Positions 33,272 to 42,033 of a DNA stretch of 64,000 bases are shown here, piece after piece. Source of the DNA: Dehalococcoidia bacterium (GTDB lineage: Bacteria > Chloroflexota > Dehalococcoidia > UBA2979). The notes under the pieces are model-generated. The model had not been told where the DNA came from. It saw nothing but the letters and a program-made list of their open reading frames with translations, and did no database searches. Position 1 is the stretch's first letter, and each line of letters opens with the position of its first letter. The translations under genes and the position numbers were made by a program. Location of the stretch: the NCBI GenBank assembly GCA_965262725.1, contig OZ253555.1, positions 1,312,001 to 1,376,000 on the forward strand, in the 5' to 3' direction.

Positions 33272-33478
33272 GTGGGCTGTCCCGTGCACATCTGGGGTCC
33301 CGCCGCCGCCGCACTGCTGCCGGTGGCGCGGATGATGCGCGTGCGCCTCCACGATCGGCTTCGGCTGTGGCGGCGCTCTAGGCCGCGGGGTGGCGCCGCC
33401 GAGGTCGCCGCCGCAGTGGCCCCCGCTCCGCCGCTCACACGCTACGCGCCGGTCGATCCGCACGCCCGGCGCGGGTAG
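33272..33478 (+). CDS. Small hypothetical protein (MGCPVHIW...), 68 aa
   Basis: GGAGG-N7-GTG start; TGCTACGAT extended -10 at 33209-33217. Confidence 0.5.
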   Translation: MGCPVHIWGPAAAALLPVARMMRVRLHDRLRLWRRSRPRGGAAEVAAAVAPAPPLTRYAPVDPHARRG

Positions 33479-33501
33479 GCGCAGCGGACGGAGGTCAGCC
33501 C

Positions 33502-34185
33502 GTGGCGCCCGGTACCCCGCCGTTTGGTCCGCCCGACTCGATTCTCGACTCCAGGCGAACCGCGCTCCTGGTCGTCGATGTTCAGAACGACTTCATTCAT
33601 GAGGACGGCCGGTCGGGGCTGCGCTCGGACGGGAACGCGGCCTTCCGCGCGATGGTCGACGACCGCCTCGCGCCGTTCGTCGGGGCGGCGCGCGCGCTCG
33701 GCGTCCTGGTCGTGTGGATCCAGATGGAGAATGCGCCCGAGACGATTTCCCCGGCGAACGCCCGCATCAAGCGCAAGATGTACGGCGCCGATCCCGACGA
33801 CCCCTCCTCCGTCGACATCTGGGAACGCGCCGTCTGCGTGCGCGGAAGCTGGGGCGCGGAGATCTATCTCCCCGTCGAGGCGACCGATCTCGTCGTGTCG
33901 AAGAGCCGCTACTCGGCCTTCATCCGGACGGAGCTCGACGCGACGCTCCGCACCCGCGGCGTGACCACGACGGCGGTCACGGGGGTCGTCACCAACCAGT
34001 GTGTCGAGTCCACCGCGCGCGACGCCTACCAGCACGACTACGACGTGCTGCTCGTCGCCGATTGCGTCGCCGAGCGTTCCCCCGAGGCGCGCGCCGCCAC
34101 CTTCTCCAACATCGAAGGTGGGACCGGCTGGATCTGCGAATCGACCGGCCTGCTTGCTGCATGGCGGCAGCGAGTGGCTGCGTAG
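33502..34185 (+). CDS. Isochorismatase-family cysteine hydrolase (RutB-like)
   Basis: VVDVQNDF, KSRYSAF, TNQCVESTARDA (Asp-Lys-Cys triad). Confidence 0.9.
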   Translation: MAPGTPPFGPPDSILDSRRTALLVVDVQNDFIHEDGRSGLRSDGNAAFRAMVDDRLAPFVGAARALGVLVVWIQMENAPETISPANARIKRKMYGADPDDPSSVDIWERAVCVRGSWGAEIYLPVEATDLVVSKSRYSAFIRTELDATLRTRGVTTTAVTGVVTNQCVESTARDAYQHDYDVLLVADCVAERSPEARAATFSNIEGGTGWICESTGLLAAWRQRVAA

Positions 34186-34354
34186 GTCAGCGGAGGCGGC
34201 TCGAGCCCGCCCCCGCCGCGCGGAACCCATCTCCGGCTCGTAGCAGGATCGCGCGGGAGCGCGGTCGGCAGCGGGCGGGAGCATCTCCCGCTCATCTCCG
34301 GCGCGCGGCATGATGGCAGGCGCCGCAGCACGAGCGGCCGCTAGGGGGGACGCC

Positions 34355-35596
34355 ATGCCCGGACCGCTGCCGACCACGGGACCGCTCGAGGGGGTCCGCG
34401 TGCTGGACCTCTCGTGGATCCTCTCCGGCCCCTTCTGCACGATGACGCTCTGCGATCTCGGAGCCGACGTCATCAAGGTGGAGCGGCCCCCGTGGGGCGA
34501 CATGGGGCGCATGAATCGACCGCTCCGCGACGGCGAGTCCGGTTATTTTCTCTCGGTGAACCGGGGGAAGCGCTCGATCTCGATCGATCTGAAGGAGGAG
34601 CGGGGCCGCGATCTCCTGCGGGAGCTCGTGCGCGAGGTGGATGTGCTGGTCGAGAACTTCTCGCCCGGCGCTCTGGACGGGCTCGGCGTCGGCTACGAGG
34701 CGCTCTCGGCCGTCAATCCGCGTCTGGTCTATGCGGCGATCTCGGGCTTCGGGCGGACCGGTCCGTGGCGCGATCGTCCCGCTCTGGACGTGATCGCGCA
34801 GGGCGCGGGCGGCATCATGTCGGTCACCGGACATCCCGGCGGGCTGCCGACGCGACCGGGCAGCTCACTCGGCGACATCACCGCCGGGCTCTACGCGGCG
34901 ATCGGGATCCTCGCGGCGCTTCACGAGCGCGAGCTCTCCGGCCTGGGCCAGCTCGTCGACATCTCGATGATGGACGCGCAGATGGCGATCCAGGAGAACG
35001 CGTTCATGCGCTGGGACATCCTTCGCCAGGAGCCCCAGAAGCTCGGCACCCGCCATCCCACGGCGGTGCCCTTCCAGGCCTTCCCGACCGAGGACGGGTG
35101 GGTCGTGGTCGCACTGGCGTGGGGTGGCGCCGATCAGTGGGGACTGCTCTGTGCGGCGCTCGGTCTCCCCGGCCTGATCGACGATCCGCGCTTCGCCACC
35201 GCCGACGCGCGGACCGATCACCACGCCGAACTCGAGCCGCTACTGACCGAGGCCTTCCGGAGTCGCCCCACGCAGGAGTGGATCGACGAGCTCCTCCCGA
35301 TGCGCATCCCGTGCGGCCCGCTGAATACGATTCCGCAGGCGGCCGCCTCCGAGCAGGCCGCGGCCCGCGAGATGCTCGCGCCCGTCGAGCATCTCACCTT
35401 CGGCGAGGTGAGACTCGTCAACACGCCGGTGAAGCTCTCACGGACGCCCGGCGGCATTCGGGGGAGCTCCCCCGACATGGGAGAGCACGCCGTCGACGTG
35501 CTCTCAGAGCTCCTCGGGATGGGTCCGGACACGGTGGATGCGCTCATCGAGGCGGGTGTCGTGGTCACCGAGCGGGGCATTCCCGACCTCGGCTGA
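34355..35596 (+). CDS. Family III CoA-transferase (CaiB/BaiF)
   Basis: VLDLS..LSGP, GADVIKVE, NRGKRS, VENF and GD catalytic Asp. Confidence 0.92.
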   Translation: MPGPLPTTGPLEGVRVLDLSWILSGPFCTMTLCDLGADVIKVERPPWGDMGRMNRPLRDGESGYFLSVNRGKRSISIDLKEERGRDLLRELVREVDVLVENFSPGALDGLGVGYEALSAVNPRLVYAAISGFGRTGPWRDRPALDVIAQGAGGIMSVTGHPGGLPTRPGSSLGDITAGLYAAIGILAALHERELSGLGQLVDISMMDAQMAIQENAFMRWDILRQEPQKLGTRHPTAVPFQAFPTEDGWVVVALAWGGADQWGLLCAALGLPGLIDDPRFATADARTDHHAELEPLLTEAFRSRPTQEWIDELLPMRIPCGPLNTIPQAAASEQAAAREMLAPVEHLTFGEVRLVNTPVKLSRTPGGIRGSSPDMGEHAVDVLSELLGMGPDTVDALIEAGVVVTERGIPDLG

Positions 35597-35616
35597 GGTC
35601 GCCCGGGCGCGGATGC

Positions 35617-36120
35617 CTAGAGCCCCGGGAAATCCCGGTAGACGATCGGCCGTCGGCGGCCGGTGAAGCCCTCAGCGCGCAGGTAGCGCGGCGTCGCGAG
35701 GATCACGATCGGGCGGTAGTCCTCCGGCGGGTCCGCCGCGCGCCCCGTGAACCGCTCCCGCTTCTCAAGGAAGCACGCGACGCGCTCCGGGTCCTCGATG
35801 AGCTCGGCCATTGCCTGCACGAAGACGTTGACGGGGTCGTTCGCGCGCTCTCGCGGGTGCATCCCGCTGAAGAGCAGTCCCACGTTCGGGTTGCGGCGGA
35901 TGTGCATCGTCTTCGGGTGCACGTCCTGCGTGAGGACCTGGATTCGCCAGCCGTCCATGAAGGGCGTGACCGGCCGCATGCGGGCGAGCCCGTCGCGGCG
36001 GAAGGTAAGGAGGTAGCCGGTGACCCCGTTGCAGTCCGAGAGGAAGGCGTGGACCTCGTCGCGGTGCCGCTCAGCCTCCTCGGGCGGCACGGCCCGCTCG
36101 GCGTCGTACTTTCGTCCCAT
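35617..36120 (-). CDS. PNPOx-like split-barrel protein, RAEG-family paralogue A
   Basis: LLTFRRDG..RMRPV, KT.HIRRNP.V, YLRAEGF and IVYRDFP motifs. Confidence 0.75.
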   Translation of the reverse strand: MGRKYDAERAVPPEEAERHRDEVHAFLSDCNGVTGYLLTFRRDGLARMRPVTPFMDGWRIQVLTQDVHPKTMHIRRNPNVGLLFSGMHPRERANDPVNVFVQAMAELIEDPERVACFLEKRERFTGRAADPPEDYRPIVILATPRYLRAEGFTGRRRPIVYRDFPGL

Positions 36121-36216
36121 CGCGTCCCTCCCCGCTGCGAGGATAGCGACCCGGTGGATCGAGCGGTCGGCACCGGCGGGGCACGGCGCGCTACCGTGGG
36201 CGCGGGAGGCTCCGCG

Positions 36217-37020
36217 ATGCGGCGACCTCGGCGCCATGCGACGTGGGGGGCTGTCGTCGGGGTGGTGGCGGGCGTCCCGGCCCTGCTGCTTCTCGCGTGC
36301 TCCTCCGGAAGCCCGGCCCCTCCCTCCGCAACCCCGGGCGGTCCAGGCACCGTCCTCCCCCCGGCGGAGACGGCGCCCGCGCCGACGGCCACGGTGCCGC
36401 GCGCCTTCGCTCCGCCGGTGCTCTCGGCGAACCCGACGCCTCGGCCGGGTGCCACCGCTCAGCCGAGAGCCGGCGGTGCGGCGGCGGCTCCGCCGGGCGT
36501 CGTCTCCCGGGTCGAGGGACCGGCGACGGTGCTGAGCGTGGTCGGCGTCACGGTGATCGACGTGCTCGTCTCGGGCGACGTCTACCGCGTCCGGCTCGCG
36601 GGTGTCGCGCTCCCGGACGTCTGGGGCGTGGTCGGCTGCTACGGGGAGGAGTCGCGGCTGGTCGTGGAGACGCTCGCCCCGCCGGGAAGCGCGCTCACGC
36701 TTGAGGCGGCGCCCGAGCAGGACGACGACTTGCCCGGCGTCTACGCTTGGTCGGACGAGGGGCTGGTCAACGAACGGCTCGTCGAGGCCGGCTACGCGCT
36801 CGTCCGGGAGTCCGGCGCTCGCGGACGCCACGGGACCGCGCTGATCGATGCCGAGCGGGCGGCCGCCCGCTCCATCTTGGGGCTGTGGGGCGCCGCCGTC
36901 GGCATCGACTCCTACCGAAACGGCGTCGAGTGCGAGTCTCTCAGCGGCTACTTCTCGGCGGCCCACGTCGGGACGTCCTCACTCATCGGTGAGGGCGTTC
37001 CGTATGGCCACTATCGCTAG
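36217..37020 (+). CDS. Thermonuclease (SNase)-like lipoprotein, probably inactive
   Basis: LLLA-C lipobox, Pro/Ala linker, VRLAGV..P, VNERLVEAGYA and GLWG motifs. Confidence 0.75.
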   Translation: MRRPRRHATWGAVVGVVAGVPALLLLACSSGSPAPPSATPGGPGTVLPPAETAPAPTATVPRAFAPPVLSANPTPRPGATAQPRAGGAAAAPPGVVSRVEGPATVLSVVGVTVIDVLVSGDVYRVRLAGVALPDVWGVVGCYGEESRLVVETLAPPGSALTLEAAPEQDDDLPGVYAWSDEGLVNERLVEAGYALVRESGARGRHGTALIDAERAAARSILGLWGAAVGIDSYRNGVECESLSGYFSAAHVGTSSLIGEGVPYGHYR

Positions 37021-37053
37021 CGGCCACAGCCGCTCGCGTGCGAGGATCTCGTC

Positions 37054-37443
37054 ATGGCGTCGTTGTCTCCGAAGCGAACACCGTGGCGCGGTGGCTCCGA
37101 TCTCTTTCTCTACGACCAGGACTGCTCTTTCTGCCGCGCGTCGGCGGCCTGGCTTCAGAGGCGCGCGCGGCGACCACTCGCGCTCTTGCCACTCGCCGAG
37201 GCGCCGCGAGCCGGCGTGCTCGCGACTCTCGGCGATCGGGAGCGCTGGGCGAGCGCTCACTTCGTGACGGCGGAGGGCGTCCAGTACCACGGCGGGGCGG
37301 CCGTGACGCGCGCCCTCAGGCTCGGGCGCGGCGGCCGCGCGTGGGCGCTCCTCGATGCGCCTCTCCTCGCGTGGCTCCGCGACGCGTGCTACGCGCTCCT
37401 CACGCGTCTTCGCGGGCGGCTCGGATGCCGGGCGTGCCGCTGA
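37054..37443 (+). CDS. DCC1-like (DUF393) thiol-disulfide oxidoreductase
   Basis: YDQDCSFC (DxxCxxC) motif; upstream of msrA. Confidence 0.8.
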   Translation: MASLSPKRTPWRGGSDLFLYDQDCSFCRASAAWLQRRARRPLALLPLAEAPRAGVLATLGDRERWASAHFVTAEGVQYHGGAAVTRALRLGRGGRAWALLDAPLLAWLRDACYALLTRLRGRLGCRACR

Positions 37444-37614
37444 GGCATGGGACTCTCGCTCTCCGAGCAGAGGCGATCGGCCCCGGCTCCGAGGCGCCGG
37501 GGCGAGGCATGGAGATGTGCCCCGCGGCCGTGTCGCATCGGCAATGCCGGCGAGGCGGCGAGCGGGAGGCGGTGCCGCGCGGTAGTCTGGTGCGGCGACG
37601 GAGGAGGGCTTCTG

Positions 37615-38310
37615 ATGTTCGGAATGTTCGCGCGGCACAGGACGGCCATGCCCGTCCCCGGCGAGGCGCTGCCCGGTCGCAGGGAACGGATGCCGGTTCC
37701 CGATGCGCACGTCGTTAACGGACACTCGCTCGAGCCGCCGTTTCCGGAGTGGACCGAGAGCGCGCTCGTCGGGATGGGTTGCTTCTGGGGGGCGGAGCGC
37801 CTCTTCTGGGAGGCACCGGGTGTCTACAGCACTGCGGTGGGCTACGCGGGTGGCTACACGCCGAACCCGAGCTATGAGGAGGCGTGCTCCGGCCTTACCG
37901 GCCACACCGAGGCCGTGCTCGTCGTCTTCGACACGCGCGTGACCAGCTACGAGGAGATGCTTCACATCTTCTGGGAGGGCCACGACCCGACGCAGGGGAT
38001 GCGTCAGGGCAACGACACGGGGACCCAGTACCGCTCCGCTCTCTACTGGTACTCCGAGGCGCAGCGACGCGCCGCGGAGGCGACGCGCGAGGCCTACCAG
38101 GAGCGCCTCACCGCGGCGCGCTATGGCAGCATCACGACCGAGCTCGCCCCTGCCGGGGAGTTCTACTACGCGGAGGCGTACCACCAGCAGTATCTGGCCA
38201 AGAACCCGGACGGCTACTGCGGCATTGGAGGCACGGGAATCTCGTGTCCCAGGGGCGTGGCGGGCGTCGGAATCCGTCCGGCGCGCGCCACGGACCTCCC
38301 CGACGGCTAG
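37615..38310 (+). CDS. msrA: Peptide-methionine (S)-S-oxide reductase
   Basis: GCFWG, GHTE, HDPTQ, GTQYRS and YHQQYL motifs. Confidence 0.96.
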   Translation: MFGMFARHRTAMPVPGEALPGRRERMPVPDAHVVNGHSLEPPFPEWTESALVGMGCFWGAERLFWEAPGVYSTAVGYAGGYTPNPSYEEACSGLTGHTEAVLVVFDTRVTSYEEMLHIFWEGHDPTQGMRQGNDTGTQYRSALYWYSEAQRRAAEATREAYQERLTAARYGSITTELAPAGEFYYAEAYHQQYLAKNPDGYCGIGGTGISCPRGVAGVGIRPARATDLPDG

Positions 38311-38328
38311 CGACTTCCGCGCGGCCCG

Positions 38329-39171
38329 CTACGCGTCGCTCCCCTGGATGAACGCGACGAGGACGGCCGCGGTTTCGGCGGGGCTCTCTTGGTGGGGGAA
38401 GCGCCCCGTATCGGGGATGTGCGCGGCGCGCCCGTCGGGGAGAGCCGCGAGCGCCTTCTCCTCGAACATCGCGATCAGGGGGTCGCGCTCGCCGTAGAGG
38501 AGGAGAGTCGGCGCCTGAACGCGAGGCAGCAGGCCTGCGACGCCGGCGAGCGCGACGCCCCGCTCTCCCCACCGCACCCAGCGCCCCGCCCTCCATCGGC
38601 TCGCGTTCAACTCGTCGCCGATGGAGGGGTCGAGCGTCCCGGAGATGCGCGCGTTCTCGGCGGAATCGCGGGGGAGCGGACGTCCCTTCTCGTCGAACCA
38701 GCCGGGCCGCTCGCTCGCCCGTGCCCGCTCCTCCGTCGTGGCGCGGCCGAGCGCGACTGAGATGAGCACGAGGCGGGACACGCGCTCGGGATGCTCGGCG
38801 GCGAGCAGCGTTGCCACGCATCCGCCGAGCGAGTTGCCGACGAGGGCGGCGCGCTCGACGCCGAGACCGTCGAGTCCTGAGAGCACGTCGGCTGCGCTCT
38901 GCGCGAGCGGGTAGGCGAAGCCTGTCGGCTCCGTGGCACGCGAGTCGCCGTGGCCTCCGAACTCGACGGCGATCACGCGGCGCCCGGAGGCGAGTTCCGG
39001 CGCGACGTGTCGCCAGTCGGCATTCCATCCGCCGAGCTTGTGCAGGAGCACGATGGGCTCATGGTCCGACGTGGCGCCCCGCTCCGGTCCGAGCTCCGAG
39101 AAGGCGATCTCTCCGCCCGGCACCGCGACGCGGCCCGTGCTGCTCCACCCGCCGTCCGGCTGCTCCATCAT
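38329..39171 (-). CDS. Alpha/beta hydrolase
   Basis: GHGDS, GNSLG nucleophile elbow, PTLLLYGERD. Confidence 0.85.
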   Translation of the reverse strand: MMEQPDGGWSSTGRVAVPGGEIAFSELGPERGATSDHEPIVLLHKLGGWNADWRHVAPELASGRRVIAVEFGGHGDSRATEPTGFAYPLAQSAADVLSGLDGLGVERAALVGNSLGGCVATLLAAEHPERVSRLVLISVALGRATTEERARASERPGWFDEKGRPLPRDSAENARISGTLDPSIGDELNASRWRAGRWVRWGERGVALAGVAGLLPRVQAPTLLLYGERDPLIAMFEEKALAALPDGRAAHIPDTGRFPHQESPAETAAVLVAFIQGSDA

Positions 39172-39200
39172 GGTCGCCTCCGCGAATCTGACGCGTGCCG

Positions 39201-39563
39201 CTACGGCGCGCTCGTCCCCTCGCGCCCGTACGAGTCCTCGAGCCGTACCACATCGTCGAGCTCCGGAGTGCTCGCCTCCAGCACGTCGCAGTCGGTCTCC
39301 GCCCGCAGACGATGCCGGACCCCCGGGGCGATGCGGTAACTCTCGCCGGGTCCCATCCGCCGTTCGCACAGCCCCTCTCCCTCGTCGACGGCGAGCAGGA
39401 GGGTGCCTCTCTGCACGTGAATCGTCTCGTCCTTCGTGTGGTGGTACTGCAGGCTGAGCTGGTGTCCCGCGTCCACGTGCAGGACCTTACCCACGTAGCG
39501 CTCCGTGTGTGCCCAGATCAGCTCGTAGCCCCACGGCTTCGAGACGCGGCGCGGCACATCCAT
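39201..39563 (-). CDS. Cupin (mannose-6-phosphate isomerase type II C-terminal-like)
   Basis: KPWGYE, LSLQYH..KDE, HRL and DDVVRLEDSYGR motifs. Confidence 0.88.
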   Translation of the reverse strand: MDVPRRVSKPWGYELIWAHTERYVGKVLHVDAGHQLSLQYHHTKDETIHVQRGTLLLAVDEGEGLCERRMGPGESYRIAPGVRHRLRAETDCDVLEASTPELDDVVRLEDSYGREGTSAP

Positions 39564-39642
39564 CCCCGGCCCCCGATCTCGGGCGGAACGCCGCCTCCGG
39601 TCGCGTCCCCGCCCGGCCGTCGCGTGCGGACCGCACCCCGCC

Positions 39643-40860
39643 TTAGCCGCGAGGGAGGCCGAGTCCACGCGTTGCGATGATGTTTCTCTGGATCTCGTTC
39701 GTGCCGCCGAAGATCGTGTAGACGACGCTGTGCACGTACTCCTGGGTAAAGAGCGCCCCCATAGGCGCGTGTATGTCGCCCTCGTCCCAGAGGCCTCCAT
39801 AGAGGCCGAAGATCTTGGTCCCCGTCCGCGAGAGCGCCTGCCTCAGCTGCGAGTCCACGATCTTCGAGGTGGACGCCTCGTAGTTGGGGACGGTGCCCGT
39901 CGCCTGCATCGAGATGATCCGCAACGAGAAGTTGAAGAGCACCTCGGATGCGACGTAGTGGTCGGCGATCGCGTCGCGGTGGGCCCTCGCGCGGGCCGCG
40001 TGGATGCCTCCGTCCTCGCTGGAAACGTAGCCGATGAGGTCGATGATACGCCGACGGTTCAGCTCCGCGCCGGCGATGTTGGAGCGCTCGAAGTCGAGCA
40101 GCGTCATCGCGACGTACCACCCGCGGTTCTCCTCGCCGATCAGCTGGTCGGCGGGGACGCGCACATCCTCGTAGAAGGTCTCGTTGGTGGCGTGCTCCCA
40201 CCCCATCGAGTCGATCCGGCGTATATCGATGCCCGTCGTCCTCTCGTCCATCACGAGGAAGGAGATGCCGCGGTGCTTCGGCGCGTGGGGATCGGTGCGG
40301 AAGAGCCCGAAGATCCAGTTCGACTTGTGTGCGCGCGAGGTCCAGAGCTTCTCGCCGTTGATCACGTACTCATCGCCATCGCGGTCGGCCCGGGCCTGCA
40401 GGCTCGCCAGGTCGGAGCCGGCGCCCGGCTCCGAGAAACCCTGCGCCCAGAGCATCTCGCCGGTGAGCGTCGGCTCGAGGAAGCGCCGCTTCTGCTCCTC
40501 GCTCCCGTGCACCAGAATGGTCGGTCCGAGCATCGACACACCCTGGCCGCCGACCGGCGGGGCTCCGGCGCGCGCCATCTCCTGGTTGAAGATGAAGTGC
40601 TCGACGGTGGAGAGGCCGGCGCCGCCGTACTCGCGGGGCCAGTGTGGGGCGACCCACCCGCGTTCCTGCAGCGCCTCCATCCATTCGCGCGCGGCCGCGC
40701 GCGCCTCCTCGGCGCCCAGCACGAACTCCGCCTGCCAGTCGCCCGTCTCCAGGCCCACCGGCTCGCCGTGATCGCGGAAGTGGCGGGGGAGCCGGCCGTC
40801 GATGAACGCCCGGACTTCCGCACGGAACGCCGCCTGCTCCGGCGTGTCGGCCCACTCCAT
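39643..40860 (-). CDS. Acyl-CoA dehydrogenase
   Basis: QGFSEPGAGSDLASL, PKHRGIS, LDFER and GGTNEIQRN motifs. Confidence 0.93.
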   Translation of the reverse strand: MEWADTPEQAAFRAEVRAFIDGRLPRHFRDHGEPVGLETGDWQAEFVLGAEEARAAAREWMEALQERGWVAPHWPREYGGAGLSTVEHFIFNQEMARAGAPPVGGQGVSMLGPTILVHGSEEQKRRFLEPTLTGEMLWAQGFSEPGAGSDLASLQARADRDGDEYVINGEKLWTSRAHKSNWIFGLFRTDPHAPKHRGISFLVMDERTTGIDIRRIDSMGWEHATNETFYEDVRVPADQLIGEENRGWYVAMTLLDFERSNIAGAELNRRRIIDLIGYVSSEDGGIHAARARAHRDAIADHYVASEVLFNFSLRIISMQATGTVPNYEASTSKIVDSQLRQALSRTGTKIFGLYGGLWDEGDIHAPMGALFTQEYVHSVVYTIFGGTNEIQRNIIATRGLGLPRG

Positions 40861-41072
40861 CTCCGCCCCCTTCTGGTCGCCGAGCCGACTCTACCCGAGT
40901 GGGCGCGGGCGGGGGAACCACCGTGCGATCCGGGACCGCGCCCGCGCCCGCTTGCATCGCCTGAGGGTTGCGCAGCGTGGGGGGAGGCGGCACGACGCCG
41001 GCCGATCCGTCTCGCTCGCCCGTGGCGATCGCACCCTGTACGGTGGCCGAGCTGAGGTTGGGGCGTCCCGCG

Positions 41073-41112
41073 ACTCCCACCACGGAAGTTCCGCGTGAAT
41101 TCTGGTGGGAGT
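41073..41112 (+). promoter_or_regulatory. 5'UTR hairpin covering the RBS of the RCC1-repeat gene
   Basis: ACTCCCACCA...TGGTGGGAGT perfect 10-bp inverted repeat containing GGGAG. Confidence 0.45.
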
Positions 41113-41119
41113 GTCGGCG

Positions 41120-41989
41120 ATGGGACTCGGCCTCGGGGTGCGGCGCGGTCTCATCGCTCCCTTCGTTCTGGCGCTCGTCCTGCTGCTCGGCGCCTCCTGC
41201 GCGGCGGAAGACGATCCCTCCCCCATGCTGGCGGAGGGCGTGATCGACCGGAGCGCCGAGGCACGACGACCCGTGGACGGGTCGGCGGGGCATTCGGTCG
41301 ACTTCGCCTCCATCAGCGTCGGGGGGAACCACGGCTGCGGGGTGAGGAGCGGCGGCTCCCTCGAGTGCTGGGGTGATGATGAGTTCGGCCAGGCCTCGCC
41401 GCTGCCCGGAACGTTCGTCTCCGTCACCTCTGGCGTCGAACACAGCTGCGGCTTGAGGAGCGACGGCTCGGTCGAGTGCTGGGGCCACGACACGGATGGC
41501 CGCTCCACGCACCCTTCCGCGGCGTTCGCCTCCGCCGGCGGCGCGAAGAGCCCGGCCTGCTGGGTGGAGACCGGCGGCTCCGTCTCCTGCCCGGGCCGCG
41601 GATTCCAGACGTCGCCTCCGCCCGGGACCGTCGGCGACGCCGCCTCGCCTGGGGTGTTCTCCTCCGTCAGCGCCGGGTGGTACCACAGCTGCGGCGTGAC
41701 GAGCGACGGCTCGGTTGCCTGCTGGGGCTATGCCGCGTTCGGCCGGGCCACGCCGCCGCCGGGGACGTTCACCTCCGTCAGCGCCGGGTCGCTCCATACG
41801 TGCGGCGTCAGAACCGACGGCTCCGTCGAGTGCTGGGGCTACAACGCGGATGGTCGCTCCGCGCGTCCGCCGGGGACGTTTTCGTCGGTCAGCGCCGGGG
41901 GTACCCACAGCTGCGGTGTGAGGCGCGACGGCTCCGTCGAGTGCTGGGGCGGGAGCCCGCAGGCGCCAAGCACCGCGCTGGTCCCCTAG
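41120..41989 (+). CDS. RCC1-like repeat (beta-propeller) lipoprotein
   Basis: LGAS-C lipobox; six ~37-aa repeats of F.SVSAG..H.CGVR.DGSVECWG, the third degenerate. Confidence 0.85.
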   Translation: MGLGLGVRRGLIAPFVLALVLLLGASCAAEDDPSPMLAEGVIDRSAEARRPVDGSAGHSVDFASISVGGNHGCGVRSGGSLECWGDDEFGQASPLPGTFVSVTSGVEHSCGLRSDGSVECWGHDTDGRSTHPSAAFASAGGAKSPACWVETGGSVSCPGRGFQTSPPPGTVGDAASPGVFSSVSAGWYHSCGVTSDGSVACWGYAAFGRATPPPGTFTSVSAGSLHTCGVRTDGSVECWGYNADGRSARPPGTFSSVSAGGTHSCGVRRDGSVECWGGSPQAPSTALVP

Positions 41990-42033
41990 TCCCCCGCGAC
42001 CCCATTCCGCGGCGCCTTCCTGGGCCGCGCCGA

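Noticed and set aside
34414-37020. Very long ORFs such as 868 aa here, 946 aa at 57108, 847 aa at 13750 and 713 aa at 47951
   Set aside because: These are high-GC shadow or antisense frames overlapping well-supported genes. Only the terminal parts of some are real.
41300-41950. Regular ~111-bp repeats resembling a CRISPR or DGR array
   Set aside because: They are degenerate, in-frame coding repeats of the RCC1-like protein. There are no identical repeats with unique spacers and no cas or RT gene.
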